A stretch of DNA of 64,000 bases from assembly GCA_964247055.1 (NCBI GenBank), contig OZ176057.1, positions 3,038,001 through 3,102,000 of the forward strand, written 5' to 3'. Position numbers and translations under genes: made by a program. This DNA comes from Paragordius varius (taxonomy: Eukaryota; Animalia; Nematomorpha). The notes below the pieces were generated by a model. It was not told the origin of the DNA, did not search any database, and saw only the letters and a program-made list of their open reading frames with translations. Of the stretch, positions 34,842 through 47,091 are shown one piece after another (position 1 is the first letter of the stretch; every line of letters starts with the position of its first letter).

Positions 34842-36611
34842 ATGAATCAACTGGCTTTGCAACCTAAAAAGTATTTAAATTATTAAGTTTAGCATTCAAA
34901 GTCCATTAGATCTGCCATTACATGATATAATTAAACAGAGTGTGGAAGATTTTAGGTAAAATTTTTATAAACTTTTTAGGGTATTTTGGAAAGAACAAAA
35001 GGTATTATCGGACGACATAAAAAATTTTGATCCAAAACCATTAAAAGATATAGCTTTATCATTAAATGCATCAGTTGTTTTGCTTATTGATTTAGTTTCC
35101 AAAATCTCAAACATAATGGGAGACCTACATAATTTACGTGATGAATATTCTAAAGTAGCTAAATTAATATTATTTAAAGGTTGTTTCCGAACTCGATTTA
35201 TCATCGCGCATTAAAGAAACCAACATAAATTTCCGACCAAATAATGAGTAATATATTTTTGTTTTGACACGAATCATTTTATTTTATCATTTTTTGCAAT
35301 ACCAAAAAATGTATAATTGCCATTCTTTCGTAGACTTCGGCTAAATTTGATTGATTCCCATGTTTTATAAGGGCTATTTGAAATAATTAATTATTTTAGA
35401 AATATAAATTATTTTATTACTTATTAACATTTGTTCATTCAAATGTGGAATACCTTAAATTATTTTGTATTTAAGACCGTTTTTTTGATTATTAATAGTA
35501 ATAAATAAATTTAACCAGACGCGTTTAAACATTTTGGCATCATATATTGAAAAAAGACTGAGGCTTTCGGATCTAATGTTATATAGTTTACCTAGATATT
35601 TTGCTCCGTATTATATATTGTCAATAACTTCTCATATTTTGAATGTTTAAAGTTTTGACTCGTTAATGTTATTAACACTATCTTCTAAATTTGATTTGTT
35701 AGACAAAACAACTATTATCCTTTATTGAAAAATTATTTTACATTAAAATAGATATGTTTTTAAAAATAATATAATTTGTTAATTTTCAGCGCTTATTTAT
35801 ATGTTTTAGGTATTATGATAACTTAATCGTTGAATATCGAAACAAAATGCAAACTTTCCAAAAAGTTTTGTTGGAATTAAAAGCCTACCTCTCAACATCA
35901 CAGAATTATCAAAAAACATCCACCATCAATGAAAATGACCCTATGGGTATATTATTATTAATAATTATATCAAAGGTAAAAATTAGAAGTCATAGTTTTA
36001 ACTTTATAACATAAATTGCTTAAAAAGAGTCAAGAGAGAAAATTTCTTAAAATTTATAAAAAATTTACACTCTTTTATCTTTTGACACTTTTTACTTTTA
36101 TTTCTATATCGAATAAAAATACATAATTATAGTTGATTCCCATAAAAGGTTGGATTTTGTAACATATTTTTAATAAATTGTTTTAAACAGTAAGACCGGA
36201 TTTTATATTGTATCAAGGGCCGCACACCATATAACACCGATAAAAATTTTATCGTTAGATATATTTGCAAATACTTACACTCAAAGACATTTATTAAAAA
36301 AATTAATGAAATGGTCGTAAAAAAGAGCTTTTAAGGCCGCGGTTTGAGTACCGCTGGTTTATATAAATATATAAATTGTAATTATCTCAATATATTGTGT
36401 TATGAATTTTGTGTATAAATTTGGATTAAATTTTTGAATGTTAAATTCATATATATTCTTAGTTTCTATATGTTTTATAGTGTTAATGGAAGTCGCAAAA
36501 TTGGTACAAGAAAATATTATTAATGTGGCATCCGATCTTCAAACCATTCACGAATTAATCCAAACTTATAAGATTGGTGGCATTAAATCATTACAACTTA
36601 GGATAAAATAA
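34842..36611 (+). CDS. Nup58: Nucleoporin Nup58/p58-p45 (NUPL1)-like coiled-coil protein
   Basis: Exons 34842-34870, 34893-34955, 34980-35154, 35180-35247, 35810-35946 and 36481-36611 join in frame: ...IIKQSVEDFRVFWKEQK...LHNLRDEYSKVVSELDLSSRIKET...EYYDNLIVEYRNKMQTFQKVLLELKAYL...VLMEVAKLVQENIINVASDLQTIHELIQ... By recall this is colinear with vertebrate Nup58 (DVENLQKFVKEQK; DYFRILVQQFEVQLQQYRQQIEELENHL; VALAAQLQSIHENV). The start ATG is uncertain. Confidence 0.8.
36188..36357. mobile_element. Short hAT MITE in the last Nup58 intron
   Basis: Right end ggccgcggtttgagtaccgctg is nearly identical to the right TIR region of the 1743-4008 element. Confidence 0.65.
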
Positions 36612-36664
36612 TTATTTTTCTTAATAAATATTTTTATTGTACATTTATAATTTCAAATATATAA

Positions 36665-37620
36665 CACTTTGTGGAAAAAATTTTTTTTAGCTTATGACCA
36701 GCGAATTCATTTGCCGCAAAAATTCTAATTGGATGAAGACCTAGTTTTTCAATATTAGGAGAAAATCATAATCAAAAAATTCAAAATTAAGGAAAATTAA
36801 GAATAAATTAAGAATAGTGATAAATTTGAGATATTATGGTTTATTATCATTTTATGAGATATTTTTAATATATAAGCTTAAAATAATATTAGGGTTTCTA
36901 CAAATCTTAGTTCCAAAGATGGCTTTTAATACACCTAAAAGACAAATATTTTTTATGAAACTATATTAATTTATTTTTTTAATTATTAACTAGCTAAACT
37001 TACTATTAAAATTCTAACATTCATATTTTATTCAGTAAAAAATCCTATAAATCAAAATAAAACTAAAAATATTTTTTTTTATTTTTTCATTTTTTTGTCA
37101 TCTGGTTTATAAATGTATAAAATTTATACTATTTATTTTGAAATACAAAAGTGGGAATTATAAAGTATATAATTTATGCAAAATAGGGGTTTAGAGCAGT
37201 GATTCAACCAACAGTTTGTAAAAATCCCTGTAACAATGTTTTAACACAAATTAATGTTTTTACTGGAATATGTACGGATTTTTGATTGATTTTCCACTAC
37301 TTTTAAGTCCTATTTTGCATAAATTATATAATTTATAATTATCACTCATGTAGATTTCAAAATAAAACAGTATGAATTTTTTATACACTCATAAACCAGA
37401 TAAAAAAATGAAAAAATAAAAAAACAATATTTTTTAGATTTATTTTGATATATTTTTTACTGAATAAAATAGAATACTAAGATTTTAATAGAGATTTTAG
37501 CCAGTAAATAATTAAAAAAATTTATTTTACAGTTTAAAAAAATGTTTTTTAAGTGGATAAAAAACCGCGATTTTTTATCTGAGGTTTTATAGAAACCCTA
37601 ACTTATAATTTTAGGCTACA
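36665..37620. mobile_element. Long-TIR Tc1-like MITE (CACTG family), truncated copy
   Basis: Colinear with 40055-41232 (e.g. gacctagtttt, aaatttgagatattatggttta, tagggtttcta, ttatgaaactatatt) with internal inverted symmetry. Confidence 0.75.
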
Positions 37621-37631
37621 CATATATATTC

Positions 37632-37915
37632 CAGGGGCGTCCAACACAAACAACGTCGCGGCCGCATTTTTACTCTAAAAATACGACAGGCTGCATTTGA
37701 AATATATGGACATTCACAAATATTTTATTAGATTTCATTCATGAGACTGTAAAAATAACACAGTATAACATCTTCTATTTTGCTGCCTTTTGAATAAACT
37801 TATTTAGAAATTTTATTATCAATTTTACTAGATTTTAGAATATTTTGCAAATTATGGATATCCGAATTTTTCGCGGGCCCCACAAAGAGTTTTGGAGGAC
37901 CGCGTGTTGCCCTGT
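37632..37915. mobile_element. Free-standing hAT MITE of the family found inside the TACCAT family-1 cores
   Basis: caggggcgtccaac...gcggccgcattttt...gagactgtaaaaataacacagtataa...gcgggccccacaaaga...gttgccctg. Confidence 0.7.
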
Positions 37916-38262
37916 TTTAAACAAATACATGACTTTAAACAGTAATCACTAAATAATGTGAATTTTTTTAAATAATCTGCAAAGTCCATTCGAATCTGAT
38001 ATGATATTGTGCATGCCATATTATACAAATGTGTTGCTATCTGGCATTTATATAATTAAAAACACCATATCTGTGGGACTGAGTCAACAGTTCTTTTTTC
38101 AATGTTTTAGCTACTATTTTAGCAAAAATTTACTTTGTTTGGATTCTCCTACTCTGATACACTTCCACCCCAAGAAGTTAATTACAAATTTAAAAAACAA
38201 AAAAATTATTAAAAAAAAGTGTTTTAACGCAGATATGCATAATTAACAACATGTATATAAGA

Positions 38263-38991
38263 TACCATTTGCACTTTAAGAGTGTTTTTGAACACTTCAA
38301 GTTGGTACTTGAACACCTAAAGTTGGTCTTAGATTTCAAGTTGGTCCTTGGACACTTCAAGTTGATCCTTTGACTTTTTTGTTTGGTTTTTAACTTTTAC
38401 AAACAAAAGGTGTTCTATTATATCATTTTTAATATATTTCTCTATTTAACATAAACTTTAAATCATATCAACTTATTATCATTCAGGGAAAAAAAAATCT
38501 TTATTAATTTTCTAAAATATATTTCATATATTTATAAGATTTAAAAAAAATAAAAGTTTTATGGAAGGTTTACAATTTTTATTTAAAACATTTATGTAAT
38601 AATTTTATTAACTTAAAAAAATAGTTTAAAAATGTTTTTTTTGTAAAAAAAATTATTTTAAATGAATAAATATATAATAAATAAAGAAAATTAGGTTAAA
38701 ATAATAAAATAAAATACATGGAAAATTTATGGTTAAATCAAAATGTAAAAATTTTAAGGACCAACTTGAAGTGTTCAAAGACCAACTTGAAATGTACAAG
38801 GACCAATTTGAAGTGTTCAAGGACCAACTTGAAGTGTTGATGGATTAACTTGAAATGTTCAAAGACCAATTTAAAGTGTCCAAGAACAAAATTGAAGTGT
38901 TCAAGGACCAACTTGAAGTGTTGATGGATTACCTTGAAATATTCAAGGACCAAATTGAACCCTTCAAGGACACTCTTGAAGTGCAATGGTA
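38263..38991. mobile_element. TACCAT family-2 MITE with a different 21-bp array (aaggaccaacttgaagtgttc)
   Basis: Termini taccatttgcact and agtgcaatggta. Repeats at 38285-38370 and, as reverse complement, at 38757-38980. Confidence 0.8.
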
Positions 38992-39440
38992 TGTTAACTT
39001 TATATCCTTAATATTAGAGCTGGCAAAAATCTTAAATTAAACTAAGTAGTTTTATATACCCTTTTTACATTTTGAGTCTCATCCTTTAACTCATATATGG
39101 CGATGATAACTAATAAATAATTTTAACTCGTATATAAAGATTTTTGTTATAGCATTGTATTTTTTTAAACATAGTTCCAATTATCTTCTAATATATATTT
39201 ACATTTAGTTACTTCCATCGAAAATTATAATGATCTCATATAATAAAGCTTTTTTATTCAACTATATTATCGAATATAGTTTTAACCATTATTATATCCA
39301 AATTGGCAATTTTATACCATTCTTCAATAATATTTGGAGTTGAATCTTTCAATTGATTATAATTTTTATAATATTCTTAATATCATATGTAATTTTATTA
39401 TATTTTTAGTTTTTTGGATTTTACATCGCTTTTAATGGTA

Positions 39441-40010
39441 TACCATTTTCACGAGTGCCCTCAACATTCAAGAGCGTTTTAGAACATATCAAGTTGGTCC
39501 TTAATATTTTTTAAGTATGGATTTAACCATAAATTTTGCATGTTATTTTATTAATTTTCAATCTTTCATATTAATAAATTAAAAAAGGTTAAAAAAATAT
39601 TTTTGATGAAAAAATTAATTTTATTCTAATTAATTTTTTCCCAATTTAATAATATTATTCAATCATAAATGTTGTTAACGAAAAATTGTAAGTAATAACC
39701 CAGAAAAATTATATTTTCAATTATGTTGAAATCTTATAAAATTCACATATTATTAAAAGCTTATTAAGGTATCGGTTTCTGAATGATTAAAAATTAGCAC
39801 TGATCTAAAAGTTTGGTTAAATCAAGATAGTAGGTTACAAATAATGAAATATATTAATCATACACCGTTTGATAGATAAAATTTAAAATCAAAATTTAAA
39901 AAGTTGAAGCACTAATTTGAAATGTTTAAAGACCAATTTGAAGTGTTTAAGGACCAATTTGAAGTGGCATTTAACTTGAAATGTTCAAGGACACTCTTAT
40001 GCAGATGGTA
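39441..40010. mobile_element. TACCAT family-2 MITE, second copy
   Basis: ta|taccattttc ... gcagatggta|ta with TA TSD; aaggaccaatttgaagtg repeats at ~39925-39995. Confidence 0.75.
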
Positions 40011-40054
40011 TATTTATCAAAAGTATTGAACAAGCATTATAATTAAGATATATA

Positions 40055-41232
40055 CACTGTGTGCAAAAAAATTTTTTACAAAATAATTTTTTTTCCTGAG
40101 ATAGCTTAATAGCGTAGTCATTTGCCGTAATATTTTTTTATTTGTTTACGACCTAGTTTTTGAATAAATGAGAAAAATCGAAATCGGGCAAATAGTGAAA
40201 ATTAAAGTTAATTAAGGATAATTCAAAAAATAATGATAAAATTTGAGATATTATGGTTTATGATTTTAGGAGATATCTTAAATATACAAATAACCTAAAA
40301 TAATATAGTTAGGGTTTCTATAAAATAATTTTTTTTTATGAAACTATATTAAAATAATTTTTAGTTACTGGCTAAACTCACTATTAATATCTTACATTCA
40401 TATTTTATTCCATTAAAAAAAACTTATATATCAAAATAAAACCAAAAAATATTGTTTATTAAATTTCCATTTTTTTAGTTTATGAGTGTATAAAAAAATT
40501 ATACTGGTTTATTTTGGAATCTTTCATAAGTGGAAAATAAACTTATAATTTATGAATAGCATAGTGGAATACAAACCAACAATATGCACAAATCCAACAA
40601 AAATTATAATTTGTCTTAAAACAGACTGGTTACAGGGATTTGTAAGGATTGTTAAACGATATTCCCTTACTTTTAAATGCTTTTTTGCATAAATTTTATA
40701 CTTTTTAATTCCCATTCATGTAAGATTCTAAAATAAAACAGTATAAATTTAAACACTCATAAACCAGTACAAAAAATGGAAAAATAAAAAACAATTTTTT
40801 TGGTTTATTATGATATATAAGGTTTTTACTGAATAAAATAAGAATGTCTAAATTTAAGTAATGAGCTTAGCTAGTAAATTACAAAAAATTTTTTTATATA
40901 GTTTCATAAAAGATTTTTTGTCTTTTAAGTGTGTTACAAGAAAAACACTATCTTTTCACCTGAGATTTTATTTAAACCATAACTTTATGACGTTAGGCTA
41001 TTTATATATTAAAAATATCTCATCTAATGATAATAAACCATAATATCTCAAATATCATAATTTTTAATTTATCCTTAATTTAAAATTTTTCCCGATTTCT
41101 TTCGCTAAATATTCTAAAAACTGTTCATCAACAAAGAAATTTTTTGCGCCAAATAAATTCGCTGGTCATAAGCTTTCTCATGAAAAATTTTTTTTGTTAA
41201 ATTAAATTAACCCCTATTTTTTGCACACAGTG
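40055..41232. mobile_element. Long-TIR Tc1-like MITE (CACTG family), full copy
   Basis: TIR cactgtgtgcaaaaaa / ttttttgcacacagtg in a TA-rich context; arms are inverted over several hundred bp. Confidence 0.85.
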
Positions 41233-41279
<47 letters not shown>

Positions 41280-41359
41280 AATTAAGTTAGAGAGTTAATT
41301 TCATAAATTTATTACGTCTAAATATTTTCAAAATCAAAGAACAATTTTAAAAACAAAAA

Positions 41360-41706
41360 TTAATTAATGTAATATCCTCCCGACCCAGACCCAGACCCCG
41401 ACTCAGGTAGATTGAAGAATCTAATTACACCAATAATAAAGATTCCTGGCGGCAGTCTTGTAATCTAAAAAATATATTGAAACTTCATTATATGATATGA
41501 TTCATATAGTAATGAAAACATTTATATAACATTATGCAATAAAATATATACTGAAATAAAAGTATCGGTTAATTTAAGAAAAATTACTACTTTTGTGGTC
41601 TGTTTTATCTAAGAATGGCATTACGCCGATTTCTCTATATTTTTTTTTGGTGAAAACTAGATAATTCATTTCAAAAAATTTCACTGACATATATTATAAA
41701 CTATTA

Positions 41707-41749
<43 letters not shown>

Positions 41750-44700
41750 AACAACAATATTTTTATATTATAATAGGGCTCTAAAAGTCTCAAATTTTAG
41801 TCCCGTCCTAACACTCAGTCTAAAAACTAAACTCAAAAGATATGGCACCCTAGTTAAATTTTGACACAAGAAGTTTTTCTAAAAAATGGATATTTTGCTC
41901 ATTAATTTAATTTATAGCAAAAATTTACAACGAGCTTTATCATATTGAACATATTGGTCTTTAAGATATTTTCTTCTATATAATTCAATGATGCTCAACA
42001 TTATTACTTCATTTTTAATAAAAATAGGTTTTTATAAATTAGTTTATTATTTGTTAAAACATACCTTTTATAAACGATAATTGATAGACAAATTTTTTTC
42101 AATCGAAAATCTAAGCTGTCTCTAAATCTTTTTGTCCTAACTACTCAACCGAATGTTAAGCATTATATTTTATAGGTTGTTTTTATAAGATAAACAACGC
42201 CTTAAAAACGAAAACGAGCTTGATCAAAATTTTGTAAATCAAATTTTTAAGTAAAGTACTTTTCTTTTCATCTCGAATTTTAAGACGTATATAGCTATCC
42301 ACAATATAGGAATTTTTTGTATTTAGTTTAACTTGCCCTTTGGTCCAAAATTTTATCACTTTATGAGCCCACATCAAAATTTAAAATTAAATATATTTTT
42401 TTGGAAAGAAGCATATTTTAGTGAATATGCGCAATTTTTGCAATTTTTTGATACGAAGCAATAAAATAAAATTGATTCTTATGTCACTAGTAAATCCAAA
42501 AACTTTGGTACCAATCCCGATACATTTATCTATCAGATTATAATAAATTTATTTTTTGTGTGAACTGTGTAATTTTGATCATCATTGTATGATTAAGCTC
42601 AAAAGTTTTTCATAAAAACATTTTTAAATCTGGCGTAACATATTTTTGATTAAACACAACACTTTAGAACGTAGAATTTTTTTTATAGCATAACTTTTTA
42701 TAACATTTAATATTATAAAAAAGTCATTAAATTAAAATAAATTTAAAATTAAGTAAATATAATCGGGGTATTTTATTTTAAGTGGGTCTGTTAATAGTTA
42801 AAACTTGCCAAACATCAAAGTTATCGCTTGAAAAAAACTATTATAGATATATCCTATTTATGTAATATCCTTAGCTTATTTTGAAACTTTTTTGTTAGTC
42901 ATCCTATAATATTTATATATAATAAGTATTGCAATCTACAAAAGGTGAAATTAAAATATTAAAAATTATTATATAATATTCAATTTTACGACAATTAATT
43001 GCGTAAAATGTTTATTTTCTAACAGGCGAATATTAGTGAGGCCGTTCCGCATTCATTAACATAATAATAAAAGAATTTACGATCTCAGTTTCAATAATTG
43101 TATAATTTTGATATTTTAAGTTAATTGCACAATCTAGTTTTTAAAATCTTTTATTTTGTGGAACATTATTTTAAATGCATGCCTGAGTTGGTCAAAATAG
43201 AAAAATTGATTGAAAGGCTCGTAACCTAAATGAACTAAAAATTAAGCATGTATATCAATTTACCAAACGAAAATTATTAAAAATTAGTCTTTTTTATAAT
43301 GTAAATAACCGTTATTTTAAGTCCGTCTGGGCCTCCACTAGGACTTCTTATAGAGTAAAGAACTCTGGACTGAGTTCCAAAAGGAGTTTGACTAATTTTT
43401 CTAACTTCAGATTTTCCGAGTGTTCGACCAGTTATCAGGCTATTGGATGGTATTACGATGTTTCCCAAAGAAAATGCTAAATGTAAAATATGTAAAATCT
43501 GGTTTAGTGCGCTTAAGAAATTAGTTATCTCAATATTTTAAGTTTATATTATTTGAATAGCGTGACTTGGAATTAATTAGGGTTTGGAACGTTATTAACA
43601 CTTTGATTTAAATTAAGGTATCTAGTTACCTCATTTTATATTTGAGTTGATATTTTTAAATTTGAAAGAAACGGGTTATATTTAAATTCAACACAAAATG
43701 TCAGGTTTGTTGGATAAAAATTATAAAATTTTCTGAAATTTTTCAGCAAATATTAAGAAATGTAACATTTTTGCATATCCTGTTAAAATAATTTTTTATG
43801 TATATTTGAATCTCATCTAATATTAATAAAAGAAAAAGTATAAATTGCATTATTTTTATATCAAGCTAACACAAATAATGACTAAATTATCTTAATTTTC
43901 CATAAATTTTTTTTATCAATATATCTTTTTTTATTTTGGTACATTAATGTTATATAGGTGCTAATACAATGATTTTACATTGTTCCATACTTTTAAATGT
44001 GTTAAAATTACCACTAATTATGTATAATATATTACTCAAAACAGCTCCTGGAGGCAAATATAACTCCATGGTAAAAAAACATTGTTTTTCTCTACCGGGT
44101 TTGGTCACAATAAATCGGTAAGTATTCACAGTTCCTAAAAATATGGTATTCATCAACAAATTTAGTTAACTAATCAATCAGGTTTTTATGATCGCTTAAT
44201 ATATAACTATTATTAACTTATAATGAGATAAGTTGATAGCAATTTTTTTCATGAAAATTTAGGTATGATAAAATTTAATCAATAAAATATAATTAGGCAG
44301 TTCCATCATAAAAAATTGGTAATTAATACTTTAATACAATTATAAAACATTATTATAAAAATTTTAAGAAAAACCAATAGTAACGCTAAAAGCTTGAGGA
44401 AGTTCCGATTGTCGAAACACTCCTTGTTCAGTATTTAAAACACAATCTTGCAACAGTTTTCTACCGAATTTGTGACCTAATAAATAGGTAAAAAATAAGT
44501 TTTTTTGCCTTTGTTATATCTACAGTTTCATAGCAAATGTTTATGCATTAACCATCATAATATGAAAATTGATTTATTTTTAAATTTTTTATACTTTGCC
44601 ATTGAGTTAGGAGGAATCAAAAAGTTTGTTAATTTTAATTTTTGTAAGAAAACACATGAGCGCCCTCTATTTTGGCGTGAGGAACCTCAATCAGTATTAT

Positions 44701-45700
44701 TAATAGAGGTTATCGAAATCAAGTAAGTGTTTATATATTGAAAATAATATCCTACATCTTAGATATATTGTTGAGAAAAAGAAACTATCGTGCTTCTCTA
44801 ACCCATTTCAATCGAATTTTATAATAGAAAAATTCCGGTTCATTTTTTTAGGTGAGACCTCTTCGATTTAAACCCTTGTAATACGTGAATAAAATTATAA
44901 ATTTGTTGTTTAATATTAATTAAACAGATAATTTTATTAATTGCATTATTTGTTACATGATATTCAAAACGATATAATTTAACACATGTTTTTTGGGAGT
45001 ATTATATAATTTATATTTAAATTCAAAAATTAATGTTTCTCAATTAAAGCTTATAATCATTAATGATATTTATTGGAATTGCAAAATAAATTTTTTTTCA
45101 TTCGATGAATTAGTAGAATTTATTTTAATGGTAAAATAAATTTTTTAAGATTTAATTTTAAGGTTTAGTAAATTTCAAATTAGACTCCAAGGTGCTATAA
45201 CATCGTTATTAAATAGGTAAAAACGTTTTTAGATTGAGAGAAGTGTATACAATTTCTACGAAAAAAATTTATAAATTAACCCTTTACCATTCGCTAATGT
45301 TTTGTCAATGTATATGAACATTTTTATTTGTTAAATTAAGCATGCATTTAATCTCCATCGTGTAATTACCTTTAATTTTAGAAAATATTGCCCAGAATTT
45401 ATAATGCCATATGAAAATTTAGAAACAAAAATTGATTAAAATTTAATACATATGTATTTAAATTTTGGTAAATTAAATTTCAAAAAATTAATAATAATTT
45501 ACTTTCTATTTTGGCTATTTAAAAATTTTAAAACTCTTTTGAATGTTATCAAAACTAAAATAACTACAACAAAAACTAAAATAATAGTTATATTATATAC
45601 CCTATTATAACAATATTTTAGATATATATACATAGGTTTTTATAAAATTAATACCTGCTTCAGTCACCACGTTTTGCACAATTAGTAGGCAGAGAAGCGA
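41360..45700 (-). CDS. Orphan, probably secreted ~150 aa protein (first exon not found)
   Basis: Exons 45700-45655, 44134-44012, 43476-43310 and 41464-41360 have GT-AG ends and matching phases (1, 1, 0): SLLCLLIVQNVVTEAGTVNTYRFIVTKPGREKQCFFTMELYLPPGAVLSNILYIISAFSLGNIVIPSNSLITGR...GPDGLKITITRLPPGIFIIGVIRFFNLPESGSGSGSGGYYIN*. No family recognised. Confidence 0.6.
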
Positions 45701-47091
45701 CTATATAAAATAATTATCAATATTATTTTAGAAGATATTATATATAAAGATGCTAACAAATCTTTAGCCACGGGTAAGAATATACAACAGAGTTTTGATT
45801 AAAAAAACCTAGGCAACAGTTTTTAGAACTGGGCCAAAAATCTTAAATTATACTTACCAGAGCCCAATTATCATAAAAAAGTTACTAATTGATATTTGTA
45901 TAAAGCACATTTCATTTTATTGGTACCATAGATTATATAATTCATTTAATGCGTTGCAGAGATGATTTTACAATTTATTTATCATAATTTTTTTGTAAAT
46001 TAACAAATATGGAATATTGATTGTATTATTTTTACATTAATATTATTACTTAAGGATAGTTTCGTACCTCACCTCCATAAATAATAAAAAGTAATTACTT
46101 TACTGATTAAATTTTAATACCAATGTCTGGCTTTTTAGATAAATGATACAAAAATCCGCTAAATTATTTTTATAACAAAAATGTACTGTCATAAATATGT
46201 ATCATAATTTAAAATATGATTTCTTGACTTCAATTAGTTTCAGCTATTTTATTAAATAATAAAATGTTTATTTTAAGATTTGAAGGTATACCAAATTTTC
46301 TTGAAATTGCAAAACTGTAAAAAGTCTATTTTTTTCAAATATATATTCAACGCTTATAAATCATATTGGACAAAATACCGTATAATATTATATTTTGTTT
46401 ATTGATTTTAAAATTTAACCCAAAAATGTTCTCCTCATTCAGAAATCTAAACGTAATGAAGTGTTAAACAAGACTAACGGACCGACAACATAAAATATCA
46501 AAAAAATTCCTATTATTATTCATGTTAAAATTTTGTCATTTTAATTTTTTCATAAAACAAATGGAACCGTTTTAAATAAAAGGGAATCAATAGCAAAATT
46601 GATAAAATTTTCAATTTGATTTTAACCCTAAAATTATAGCTGGAATTAAAATACTACCTTTAACATGGATTCCCATAATGAATTTATACTGAGATTTAAT
46701 AGAAAATACGACTTCATATATGGAATATTTGATATTTATTATTAGATTGAAAGATATTTAAAATTAAAAAACAATGGCACAAGTTATACCCAAAATTTAT
46801 GTAACATCAAGGTCAACACAACTAATTTCTCATTTTTCATAGTTTTTGGCAAATATTATTACAAGTACCGTAACAATATAGTTGAAAAAAATTTAACCCA
46901 GGTATCATGTTTCATTTAAATTATAAATCAAATTATAACCTTGACACTTATCTTTATAAATCATGCACAAAGTAAAAAAAATTGTTTAATTAACTCAATT
47001 ACGAATATTTTTAAAATTTAAGATTTAATTCTTGATATAAAGGGTATCTTATAAGGTGAGGTTTAAAGAAAATAGCATTAATATTGTATAG

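Noticed and set aside
34965-35204. 79-aa minus-strand ORF
   Set aside because: Antisense to Nup58 exons 3-4; the plus strand gives the recognisable protein.
38738-39040. Apparent coiled-coil ORFs (HFKLVLE / FKDQLEV)
   Set aside because: Translations of the family-2 21-bp array.
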